Below are positions 25,478 to 37,276 of a stretch of DNA of 64,000 nt, in pieces. Both the position numbers and the translations under genes were made by a program. The notes below the pieces were generated by a model. It was not told the DNA's origin, ran no database searches, and saw only the letters and a list, made by a program, of their open reading frames with translations. Origin of the DNA: Anolis carolinensis (lineage: Eukaryota); assembly GCF_035594765.1 (NCBI RefSeq), contig NC_085844.1, forward strand, positions 148,940,107 through 149,004,106, given 5' to 3'. The first letter of the stretch is position 1. The number at the start of each line of letters is the position of its first letter.

Positions 25478-26200
25478 CAAAAAAGAAAATGGGTTCCCTG
25501 GAACTACAAAGACAAGTATCCACTATTACAGTAATACAGAAATCATTAAACCTAAATTTAGTTCAATACATCAATATGAAAACAGATACAAAAGGCGTTG
25601 CTAAACAATCAAACAAAGGACTGTTACATTCACAGTAAAAACAATATTTTAAACATGCATACTCTGCAAACAGTTTGATTCCAATGCGTTTGCAGAGTAT
25701 GCGTGTTTAAAACTTAGATCTTTCTGTGAGCATGGCTTTTACATTATCTTTGTTGTGTATAGTGTATGTCTCATGTAACTATATGTATTGTAAATAACTG
25801 GTAGCCACTATATATGTTCCCTATAGGATCCACATTTTAAAAACTCAAAAAAAAAAACTGAAAAAAGGACTACAATCCACCTGATGAAGATTCTTTTGAG
25901 TTGAAACTGGTTGTGGTTTTGGAGTCTACTATTTATAATAAAGAAACAAGAACAATCATTATATATAAGAAGAGGACTCAATTTGTGTATGTGGAACAAT
26001 TAAAGAACTAAAGAACATTTATTGTTTATGAGAAGAGAAGTAAATTCATGCTTCAAGAGAAAAATATTTTTACTGTGAATGTAACAGTCCTTTGTTTGAT
26101 TGTTTAGCAACACCTTTTGTATCTGTTTTCATATTGATGTATTGAACTAAATTTAGGTTTAATGATTTCTGTATTACTGTAATAGTGGATACTTGTCTTT
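25478..26200 (+). mobile_element. Foldback (inverted-repeat) Penelope-like insertion
   Basis: 15-bp direct flank GCTGATCCAGAGTAC (25463-25477 / 26201-26215). ~135-bp near-perfect inverted arms 25507-25641 / 26067-26201. Internal hammerhead followed by AATAAA. Confidence 0.7.
25868..25926 (+). ncRNA. Minimal type I hammerhead ribozyme motif
   Basis: Stem I CCAC/GTGG (extending to GACT/AGTC), core CTGATGA 25881-25887, stem II GATTC-TTTT-GAGTT, GAAAC 25903-25907, short stem III, cleavage triplet GUU ending at 25912. Confidence 0.75.
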
Positions 26201-27240
26201 GCTGATCCAGAGTACTCCACTCCAGATCAGCCCTGGGATAGTTGACATGTGTAGAGGTGCCCCCAGGTATCCATTTGTACAGGTAAGGCAGGACATTGGC
26301 ATAGACTAATAAAATTGACGAATGACTATGCTAGCACAGTAAGATCCTGAAAATGTGTTTCACATGTAGTGGAAAAACTTTTGAATTACTTTATAAATCT
26401 AAGTGTGGACAAGAATGAGGAAAAATGGAAGCAAAATAGGAGCCCTGTTCTGAATTTTAAGGCAATAGCCTTCTACACCATGGATAAAAATTCTTTCACC
26501 AGCAAATTCTAACTTTATCACAAAAATCCAGGCTCCATTTAAAGCCGAGATTGTCATTCTTCTCCTGACCTCTTTGAACACCAAATTTTGGGGTCTTCCA
26601 TAATGAAACAAATGTCCAATAAGAAACCCTCTCGAGGATGGTCAGTAGCGTAATATCTCCAACCTCTTTATAATCACAGCAGGAGTTGGAAAAATCTACC
26701 TCTAAAGGTTATTTCACACTTAAGCCATTTTCGGATAAGAAGTTACTTTTAATTATGTGACATTAGGAATGCTGCTTTTCAATTTCAGGACAGTTGGGAA
26801 AGAGGATATATGTTTCAAAAAGACTTGAAACTACATGCCAGGATGAGCAAAGGTGAAGAATTACACAGCTAGTAATCGCTTTGCCGATTTCCTGAGTAAG
26901 CTTGTCACAGTAGGACAGGTGAAGAATTTTAACCTCATTTGAATTTTGAGCAATTTTGACCAACTGCATATTCTAAATTCAAATCGTATTCACCTTGCAG
27001 CTGCTTTAGCAAAATAATTTCTCCCCAAAAAAGTGAAGAAAAGAAGCATTTATGACAAGTTTTCTATTGGCACTATTCAAGGAAGAATGGTAAAGTGGCA
27101 TTGGAAAACTTGCCATAAATTTTATTAATAAAGATACAATGCTGGTCCTATTATTGTTCTACAGAGAACATCTAATCATGTTTCAGCCCTTGATCAACTT
27201 AACTTATAGTTTACTATTTGTTTGTTCCACATATAACTGA

Positions 27241-27468
27241 AGGTGCATCTACACCATAGAATTAATGAAGTTTAACACTATTTTAACTGTCACAACTTGA
27301 TGCGATGGAATTCTGGGAGTTGTGGTTTTACAAGGTTTCTCTGCCAAAGCTTTCTTTGCCAAAGAGTGCTGGTGGTTCATCAAACTCCAACTCTTGTGAT
27401 TTCACAGCATTGAGGCATGACACTTAGTGGTGTCAATCTGCATCAATTCTATAGTGTAGCTATAGCCC
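27241..27468. mobile_element. Palindromic MITE (PIF/Harbinger-like)
   Basis: GGTGCATCTACACCATAGAATTAATGAAGTTTAACAC versus GTGTCAATCTGCATCAATTCTATAGTGTAG; a decayed relative lies at ~36900-37082. Confidence 0.7.
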
Positions 27469-27474
27469 CCCTCA

Positions 27475-27805
27475 ATGGATTGTCACCTTGTCGTGGTGAT
27501 GGGGCTTGCGTGTTCCAATGAACCTGCAGGCGTAACCACCGGAGTCAAGCACTCCCAGGCAGGGCCGCAGGGGAGGTTCCAGAACAAGCACAAACTGAAG
27601 ACCTCAAAGGCAGATCAGGCAGAAGGTAATATTGTACATGTTTTAATGGCTGTGAAGGCGGAAAAAGGATGCAACAGATTGAGAAGCCACCGTTGTCGTA
27701 TTAACCACACCACTGGCTGGAACCCTCATTTTGTGAAGACTGTGTTGATTGGCTGTGCTCTGGCCTCCACACATTAAAAAACTCACGCAAAAGGCATCTT
27801 CTAAG
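27475..27805 (+). mobile_element. RTE-clade 5'UTR-derived non-autonomous element
   Basis: GGATTGTCACCTTGTCGTGGTGATGGGGCTTGCGTGTTCCAATGAACCT resembles the conserved 5' end of BovB/Expander-type RTEs; no RT follows. Confidence 0.55.
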
Positions 27806-28764
27806 AACTTGGAAGGCCATCATACTTAGACAACAAGGGATTGCCGAAGTGAAGTAGCTACAGCCCAAGGGAATCATCTCTAGCTATGCATTTTCAGACT
27901 TTCACCTTGAAACTTCCTCTACTATGACATTATCAAACTCCAATTACAGCTTCTAGAATTGTCATTGGTTATGCTAGCTGAAGGATTCTGGGAAATATTG
28001 TTATAATATAAAAGGTAACAGTTCCAAGCTCTGAAAGTTACTAAGACAGCTACAAGTGTCTTAAGCCTAGGATATGGAAAGCAGTCAGTCCACTCTTGCT
28101 AGGTTTTTCATTAGTTCCTCATTAGGCTACATTGTTCCTTTTCTCTCATGTGGAAATTCAAATATATTTTTAAAGGGAAAACATGTGAACAGACATTGCT
28201 TTCACAAACCAACAATGACTGACCACTGTCAAGATCGGAAAGAAATGTATTACCTTATGAAGCCCTCATAAAAGGGGGCTTACTAGAAGTAACATGGGGA
28301 ACAGACATAATTCATCGGGAAATCGTCAAAGATATCTCAAAATTTGACAAAATGTTCAAGCTTGCCATCAGAATTCCTCTAGCCAGTTTCAATTAACCAA
28401 TCCTAAAAATACAAAGGGGAGTCATTGAGGCATCATGATGATTGCTTCAAAATGCTTTTGCTTGTCATCTAAGTTTCAGTGGGCACCTGCAAGTTAAACT
28501 TACAAATGGGGAGTTTTTTAGAATCAAAAAAATGAAGGCTGTCATAACCTGCCTGGAAATATTTTAGAGGTCTAGAAAGTAGGAGAGGGTTCTTTGTCGT
28601 ACTGCTGCTGAAATTCTTGAGGGAGGAAATTGGGTGCAATATGTTAAAATGTCAGTATTTCTAAGGTTTAAAAAGGATTGAAAATAGGAGGGGGATTGCT
28701 GAGGTAATACTGGCAAGATTGAGGAAAGTAGGGTGTTGGAAAACAGGAGCCATCATAGAAGCCT

Positions 28765-28961
28765 TTTGAGAGCTGTTCGACAGTGGAACTCTCTCCCCGG
28801 GGCCATGGTGGAGGCTCCTTCTTTGGAGGCTTTTAAGCAGAGGCTGGATGGCCATCTGTCGGGGGTGCTTTGAATGCGATTTCCTGCTTCTTAGCAGGGG
28901 GTTGGACTGGATGGCCCATGTGGTCTCTTCCAACTCTACTATTCTATGATTCTATGATTCT
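28765..28961 (+). mobile_element. CR1 3' end fragment
   Basis: Near-identical to 21790-21987, including the (ATTCTATG)n tail. Confidence 0.92.
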
Positions 28962-30400
28962 AGGTATTAACTATGGACTTAGGCAGTGCTGGTACAGCTT
29001 AGCTAGTACATTTTGGAAATTATACAATGACTAAGAAGTAAAAAATAGCCCTTTCTGCACAAAGGATAACAATTTAATATTTGTGAAAGAAAAAAGATGG
29101 AGAGAAATGAGTAACCAAGCAATTTCAGACACAAATTCTTCATAAATATATGTATGCTTTTAATGAGCAAGCGGAACAGCCCCTGAGAATGACACTGCCA
29201 AGAGAAGAGGAATCAAATGGCATTTGGATTATCCATGCCGAAGGAGTAGGCCTACTGCACTACCTCCCCCTTGGCATAAGCCCAGTAGCCGCCATGTTTA
29301 CACCAGGAGCTAGCGATTGGATCAGGTGGCTGCTAATTCATTTGAGGCAGGGAGGGCATGAGTCAAATGGCAGATGGTCCCAACAGAGTTGATGGATTGT
29401 AAGTAATAAGGACAAGCAGTCATGTTCTGGGATGCTCTAAAAAAAGCAGTCATACTTATTTAATGCAGGCTGACCATGCAAGTGAATGGGTATCCATTTC
29501 CAGCATCCTCTGCTGACTAGTGCATAGTTAAGAGCTTTGGGACTTAAATCACTCACTCTCTCACACACACACCAATTAAAATGAGTAGGTATTATGTTCA
29601 AGAAAATTATTACAGGCCCACTACCTATGAACTTCATGAGTGGCCAACAAAAAGGTCCAATAAGTGATTGATTTGCTCCACTGATATTTTTTCCATGTGG
29701 CCATACACATGGTGACCCACTATTCCATGGACAGAGCTACTGGATTAAAAGAAATAGCTAGGCAACGGAAGGATACTGGGTTTGTGATTACCCACAGAAA
29801 TCCAGTAATGAAGTCTCACAGTAAATGCATTCATGAAAACTAGTGGCAGAAGGCTTGACTACATCAGTCATCTGTTTCCCTGCATTTGCATCATGACTAC
29901 TCTTCCTGACAGTGTGACTTACAAAGTTCTCTGAAGTCTAACCTTAAGTCTCATGTGAAAACATATATACACATAACCCAACAAGGCAGGAGGAAAATGG
30001 ATTGAATGAAGCCACAATAATGTGAAGGGGTTGATGGAACATACAGAGATGTAATGTTTGGCATGAAGGAGAGGGGAAAGGGTTGGTCGTTAATAGGAAA
30101 AGATGTCAAAAAAATTGAAACATAATAATAGTGCAATTTATCCTTGCTAAACGTACTGCGGTGCGCTATAATTAAATATGAAAACCTAAATTTATCTCTG
30201 TGTTCGGCTGTCATTAATTTAACAGGGAATGCACATGTTGTAATCTAATGGCTCATTCCACCCCCCACCCCATGTGCAGCATATTAAAATGTATATTAGC
30301 CTCAAGGTGCATAAACACACAATAATGGGCCAAAGGTTTTGGCATGTGGCAGAGAGGAGGGGGGATCCACGCTCAAAGGCCGTCAAGTAGCTGGTGATGC

Positions 30401-30748
30401 NNNNNNNNNNNNNNNNNNNNNNNNNNNNNNNNNNNNNNNNNNNNNNNNNNNNNNNNNNNNNNNNNNNNNNNNNNNNNNNNNNNNNNNNNNNNNNNNNNNN
30501 NNNNNNNNNNNNNNNNNNNNNNNNNNNNNNNNNNNNNNNNNNNNNNNNNNNNNNNNNNNNNNNNNNNNNNNNNNNNNNNNNNNNNNNNTAGGCAATCACA
30601 GAGCGCTGCAGCCAGCNNNNNNNNNNNNNNNNNNNNNNNNNNNNNNNNNNNNNNNNNNNNNNNNNNNNNNNNNNNNNNNNNNNNNNNNNNNNNNNNNNNN
30701 NNNNNNNNNNNNNNNNNNNNNNNNNNNNNNNNNNNNNNNNNNNNNNNN
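30401..30748. other. Assembly gaps (30401-30588 and 30617-30748) around a 28-bp island
   Basis: Runs of N. Confidence 1.
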
Positions 30749-32034
30749 GGGTATGACCAGGGCGTTGTTGTAAGTAAAACAAACTGGAGAGTACAAAAAA
30801 GAATTATGTATTTTTGGCAGCGCTTGACTTATTTTTAAATCCTTTTGCATTAGGAGCGGGATTTTTTTTTTGGCAGAGTATCCAATGCCAGAAGCGAACA
30901 TGCTGAAACTGCCAAAGCTAAAGAGTTAACTGGAATATATTGCTGTTCAACTTTAAAAAATATTAAAATTGCTATGTTTACTAGCTGAGGAAAAAGGACA
31001 AACCCTTAAATTTGTGCATACAACACATGTTAACATCCAACACATTAAAAAAGTTCAGAGATTAATTCGTTTTAAACATCTTTCACCATCATCTTAGAAT
31101 CCTTTGTTGAAATAAGTTTGACTGAAACATGCTTCACAAATTTCTGTAGATAAACACAGTTTTATGAAAGGAGCCTAGTCAAGAACAGTGTGCAATATTT
31201 TTTGATACAGAACCCACACACAGGTTTCAGGTACAGGTTTCAGGGCAGAGAAACCGTGGTCCTTTGTATGTTTTGAATTATATTTCCTTTAATAGATTTA
31301 CATAGTAATTTCGGTTTCTGCTTTAAAGGTAAATAAGTGAATTAAACTATTTACCACAATCATGACAACATTTTTCTCTTGCACTTGAATCAACTGTTAT
31401 CATTTTTTTTGCAAATAATCAATTCTAATCATTCTAATTCTAAAAACAACAACAACAACAACAACAAGATTTTTAAATATCTACTGCAATTTCAGTTTTA
31501 GGTGGCCAAAGGTATTGGGTTTCCCCTTGATCTCTACCTAGCTGGAAATTATTTAGAAGTACTAGTGAAAGAACAACGAAGAAGCAGTGTAGTGCTTCTG
31601 CAATAAATAGTGCAATAAGACTAATACTATAATAACCAGATATAGCCTGTTGTAGCAATTGCTTCCAGAATGTCTTGCTAAGCATTACGAATGAAAATAA
31701 AAATGAAAATATTCAAATAATGGTCAAAACCTCACATCTTTTAAGTGTTGAGCTTGATGAGAAATATTCCGGACTGGTGGGAATCTTGGCCATTTGGGAC
31801 ATATTCTGGACAAAGTTTGACATTGTTCTTTTGTGTGGAAAATATCATTTTCTATGCAAGAATCAGCATTTTCAGCACAGAAAACAATATTTCAATCCAA
31901 AAATATTAATTATTGAACAGAAAATAGTGTAATAGGAGATTTACTTTGCATACAATTTGCACCTGACTGATTTTCACTGAAAACATTGGATTATTATATG
32001 CTAAAAATGCTGTTTTCAGTGATATAAATTGCAT

Positions 32035-32149
32035 GTTCAGGCCTAGCCTACTTGAGGGACTGTATCTCCTACCAGCCCACTCATGCCCTGAGATCATCAG
32101 GAAAGGCCCTTCTCTTGGTCCCACCACTGTCACAAGTACAATTGGTGGG

Positions 32150-32211
<62 letters not shown>

Positions 32212-32670
32212 TTCTCAGTGATGGCCCTGAAGGCTCTGGAACTCCCTTCCTAGAAAGATACTATCGGCCCCCTCCTTGCTGGCCTTTCGATCTCAAATCA
32301 AGACATTCTTGTGGAGCCAGGCCTTCCCAGATGAATTATAATAGGTAACTTCCAATTAGTGACCCAGTAATGTTTACCTCTTAATTACTATATTGGTCCT
32401 GGCAATGTTACATGGCCTAATGAAAATGGAGTCTTTTAGGATCTTGGATAATCTATTTTATGAATAACCTCAGTGGCCTCAGGAATTTTTCAATGGTATA
32501 TGTTGTAAGTTATTAATTTATTGCTTATGATCTAGGTAATTAGGTATTTGTGTTAGTTATAGTATTATGTCTTGTTGAATGTATATTTTATGTAAATTCT
32601 GTTTTTAATCCACTATATGCCTCTTTGAGTCCCACCCGTTTTAGGTGAGACTCAATATAATAATAATAAT
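32035..32670 (+). mobile_element. L2 3' fragment containing a (GA)n expansion
   Basis: AYLRDCISYQPTHALRSSGKALLLVPP...VGTRE(RE)n.AFSV.AP..WNSLP, then an AT-rich 3'UTR, GAGTCCC..GGTGAGA stem and (TAA)n tail. Confidence 0.8.
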
Positions 32671-32678
32671 AATAATAT

Positions 32679-32978
32679 AAAAAACTCAGCCGGTATCAGG
32701 ACCTCAAGGTTGAACTTCAAAGAATCTGGCAGAAACCAGTGTAGGTGGTCCCGGTGGTGATTGGCATACTGGGTGCCGTGCCAAAAGATCTCAGCCGGCG
32801 TTTGGAAACAATAGGCATTGACAAAATTATGATCTGTCAACTGCAAAAGGCCACCCTACTGGGATCTGCGCGCATCATCCGAAAATACATCACACAGTCC
32901 TAGACACTTGGGAAGTGTTCGACTTGTGATTTTGTGATACGAAATCCAGCATATATATCTTGTTTGCTGTGTCATAAA

Positions 32979-32980
<2 letters not shown>
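32679..32980 (+). mobile_element. R4/Dong-clade non-LTR retrotransposon 3' fragment, copy A
   Basis: KLSRYQDLKVELQRIWQKPV...LQKATLLGSARIIRKYITQS* (REL endonuclease end), bounded by (TAA)n. Confidence 0.85.
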
Positions 32981-33038
<58 letters not shown>

Positions 33039-33039
33039 T

Positions 33040-33670
33040 AAACCGACGAGCCCATTGATCAGCTGCTGTAAGAATATTGCATAGACAGACTACAAACAGA
33101 GGCACAACTATGTGGCCCAAATGATTCATTGGAACTTATGCGGCATGCCTCAAGTACTACCTGCCAGCATTAAAAAACTGGTGGGATCACAAAACTGCAA
33201 AAGTATTGGAAAATGAGCACACAAAGATACTGTGGGACTTCTGAATCCAGACTGACAAAGTTCTGGATCACAGCAGAACAGACATCACAACTGTGGAAAA
33301 GAAAAAGGTTTGGATCATTAATGTTGCTATCCCAGGTGACAGTCGCATTGACAAAAAATAACAGGAAAAACTCAGCCGCTATCAGGACCTCAAGATTGAA
33401 CTTCAAAGACTCTGGCAGAAACCAGTGCAGGTGGTCCCAGTGGTGATGGGCACACTGGGTGCCGTGCCAAAAGATCTCAACCGGCATTTGGAAACAATAG
33501 GCATTGACAAAATGACGATCTGTCAACTGCAAAAGGCCACCCTACTGGGATCTGCACGCATCATCCAAAAATACATCACACAGTCCTAGACACTTGGGAA
33601 GTGTTTGACTTGTGATTTTGTGATATGAAATCCAGCATATCTATCTTGTTTGCTGTGTCATACAATAAAA
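33040..33670 (+). mobile_element. R4/Dong-clade non-LTR retrotransposon 3' fragment, copy B
   Basis: Decayed CC..IA.TDYKQRHNYVAQMIHWNLC, LWDF.IQTDK, DIT.VEKKKVWII.VAIPGDSRI (RHN and PD..D REL motifs); same 3'UTR as copy A. Confidence 0.87.
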
Positions 33671-36600
33671 TAATAAATATAATAATAATAAATATAATAC
33701 ATATAATAATAATACTGTAAATTTTGTGTAGAGTAAGTTCCAAACTGCGAACAGTTTTCAAAAACTGTGTGGGCTTTGAGGACTTTCTTGCAGCAGAAAG
33801 AACATTTTTGAAATTACTCATCACTCATCAAGAAGAAGCTTAGTGAGGGATGACATCCCTACTGAGCATTCAGGAACATCAAAATAGAGAGAAAGAGGGA
33901 GAGGAAATCAGCCTGCTTCACCAAATACCTGCAAAATGTTAAAAGGAGGCATGTTTTTAAAAGAAAGCACAGAACAATGAGTTTGGCACCCAAAATAGAC
34001 ATCACAAGAAAAGTGGAAGTTGGTAAAAGAAAAAAAACCCTTTGATGTATTTTGGAATAACCCCATAAGTGGTTTCTAGAAAGTTAAAAATGTTTGCTTA
34101 TGCAAGGTTAAGCTGACCTAATTGTTTCATTTAACACTGAACTTCTCTATCTTTTATTTTTCTTTCATTTTTCTTTTCCCTTTCTTTTGGATTCTCTATC
34201 TGGAGTAACACTTCCAACACTCTGAAATATTTTGGTGCATCATGCAATTAATTAAAAATTTCTGCATGGTGAGTTCAAATTGATGTTGTGCCTTAATTTA
34301 CCGGTTTAACAAGAAATGCTTGCCAGTGGGGGTGCAAGTGATAAGTGAGAGACAGGCTTTATTGACATATTTTTTGTATTCTGGCCTCTGTGTAAGATAT
34401 AGAATTTGTCTTACATGACATTAACTTTTAAAGCATAGACATTAGAACATTTCTCTTACCCTCAAATGACCTAAGTGTATTACTGGGACATAAATACTCG
34501 AAGCCTCTGGAGAAAGATGAAGTAAGCCATCAATGATAGGTGCTTGGAAGAAAAAGAAAGCACCAGAGAGTGACTACATGCCAATTAAACTGTACCGGGG
34601 GAATCTGACATTTTTTGCAATATATTTTGAAGACATTTCTGCAATATATTGTGAACAAACACCTTTTTAATACAACTGTCTTTGTTTGGCCATTTCATTT
34701 TTTTTTTTACAAAAGAATGTGGTTTCTTTTAATTGTATAATTTATTTCCTTTTTTAGGATTTAATGTGAAAAACCTATATCATTGTGAAAGATTTCCACA
34801 AGGAAGATTCCCAGAAGGAATATCTTGTTTCTCATAGCTAGTTGTCTCCATTCAGATAAAGGTTTCAAGATTAGGCCTTCTCCAAAAGATCTTAAATTAC
34901 ATGGATGAAACATTCACATTGAAGGCTCAAAATAGCTTCCTTCCAAAAAAAAACAAAAAAAAAACTAAACAGCTAATAAGATCAAAATACTTGTGACAAT
35001 TTACTTTTTGAGTACAATTAATGTGAACAGATTGTTTGCTTGTTTTTGTGGTACAAACTTTTTAAAAGCTTAGGAACAATTTTTTTTAAAAAAATTAATG
35101 ATTGAAAAATAGCTTTTCAAGTTTTGGGGAATACCAATGTATGGAATTCTATATGGATGAATATTTTCACAATTCAGACATTATTTTGCATTAAAAATAC
35201 ATATATTCTATGTACAGAAAATGCTGGCTTATTGTTTGCCCAGAAATATTATTTTCTGTGTGGGAAATCCTGCATTGTGTATAGGAAACTGGACACACAG
35301 AAAAATTCAGTGTGGTCCCCTTAGGTTTAAGGTGGACTCTGGGAGGTATTTATAATAGTGACAATCATGCTATTATTGTGAATACATAGCATAGATGAAT
35401 ATTGAGGAATTTTCAGATCTGTAACTGAAATATAGACTGGCAGCTAATAAAATATATAAAGCAACTATGCTCTGTTTGTCTCATTCTCTGCATTGATGCA
35501 TGGAACAGCACATGTGCAAGGAGAACAAAGAACTGAAAAAACTGATAGACAGAATGAGAGGATGCCTTCTACTTTCCCATCCACTATTGCTGGTTTCTCC
35601 CTTGCATGATATATGTGTTCCAACAACAAGTAAGTTGTAGCAGGCAGAGAAGGACCACACAATGAATATAATACTTTCCTTGAAACACAGGCAAGCAGGT
35701 TGGTCATTGGTGTTTAAATAATAAGCCTTTAAAGGCAGTGAGAATAAAGAAGCAAATTCAATATGCAAAAACCACAACTGTGTATGGAGACCGAAATAAT
35801 GGGGAGAGTTAGGGTTGCTACCTTAAGCCTAGATTAAAAGAAAAGACAACAGAGACAAAGTAATGCAGCTTGGATTAAGACATGTTTTGTTAGTAATATA
35901 TTTAAAGTTCACCAGACTCTGATAGCTAGCGTCTCCCTTCCAGCACTACCAAAATGTATAAAACAGCGAATAGCTCTTCTGGACAGCAATGTTCAAAGAC
36001 CCATCTAAATGTTATCCATAACAAAAAATAATCTAATCTATATAATTAGCTTGATACACTATATGATAGTTTGTCTGCAAGGAGGAAATGAAAGAAAAGG
36101 TTTCTATCAGAATTGTTCAGTTGTACAAACATCACCAAAGAAAGAAAGAAAATAAAATAATATCATTTTATCAGTTTTCTCATTCTTTAAAAATGAGAAA
36201 ATCATGAAAACCATCCAGTGTTCGAAGAAGTTTTCAAATCAATCACAGCAGTTATTAATGATCAGAACCTTTGAGTGGAAAGAGTAACCAATTTATGGAA
36301 GATAAAACGGAATCAGATAATTCTGTTTTATGGCTAGGTATAACTAATCTGACAGGTTTTTAAATCACAGCTGTGAGCTTGAAAATTCTGTCAATGTTTT
36401 TGTTCATCTTCTCCTAGCAAATGACCTACGTTGCGAGGTCAAATTAACATGGAAGGGAAATTTGGATAACATCTGTCAAATGTTTACTTGTGGCTAGAGG
36501 CATGCAAAACATTCCAGATTTATTGGGTACTTTCCAGACAAAGTTAAACAAGTCACTGGCACCTAATTATGCCCTTACATTCCATGATTGCTACAACATA

Positions 36601-37276
36601 TGAACATAATAAGAACTCAAAAGGATCAGATGAAAAGTCTATCTGGTTCATCATCCTGTTCTCATGGTCAGGTGCAAATGGGAAACATGCAAGCATATAA
36701 GTGCACTAGCATCCCCTGCTCACTGTCTCCAGTTCCTGGTATATAGATGTATAAATGGGAATTAATGTTTAGATTTCTGTAATGTTTAGAATTACATTTC
36801 ATAAATGCTTGTATTTGATGAGGAGATTGGTTGGATTTATGAGTTAGCCTGCAATATTAGACATGCCTTCTATACTTAGTAGGGCTGGCATTTTAATAAA
36901 TTACAAGGTTATGATTCCACTTGCCAGGATTTCATCCAGTAGAATTTTGGGACTGTGATTTGGTGAGTCACCAGAGGTTTCCAGACACCGCCAAACTGAA
37001 AATCCCAGGATTCCAGATGTGAATATCATAGCAGTTAAAATGGAGTCATAGTGCTATAGTTGCATAGTGTGAAAGGGTCCCAGAATTTTTGAGATTCTAG
37101 GACAACACACTCTTGCTTGGGCTATATTACTTCCTGATTCTGCTTTTCAGTATATTTCAAGGTAACACTCACATATGGATTTTGCTACCTACTTACTTAT
37201 CCTGTCTTCTTTATTTTAGATTGTGTAATACTTAGGTACGATGATTAAACAGTTAGGGAAGCTAGCAATAGTCTTT

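Noticed and set aside
30219-30901. Long ORFs in the track
   Set aside because: They run through N gaps.
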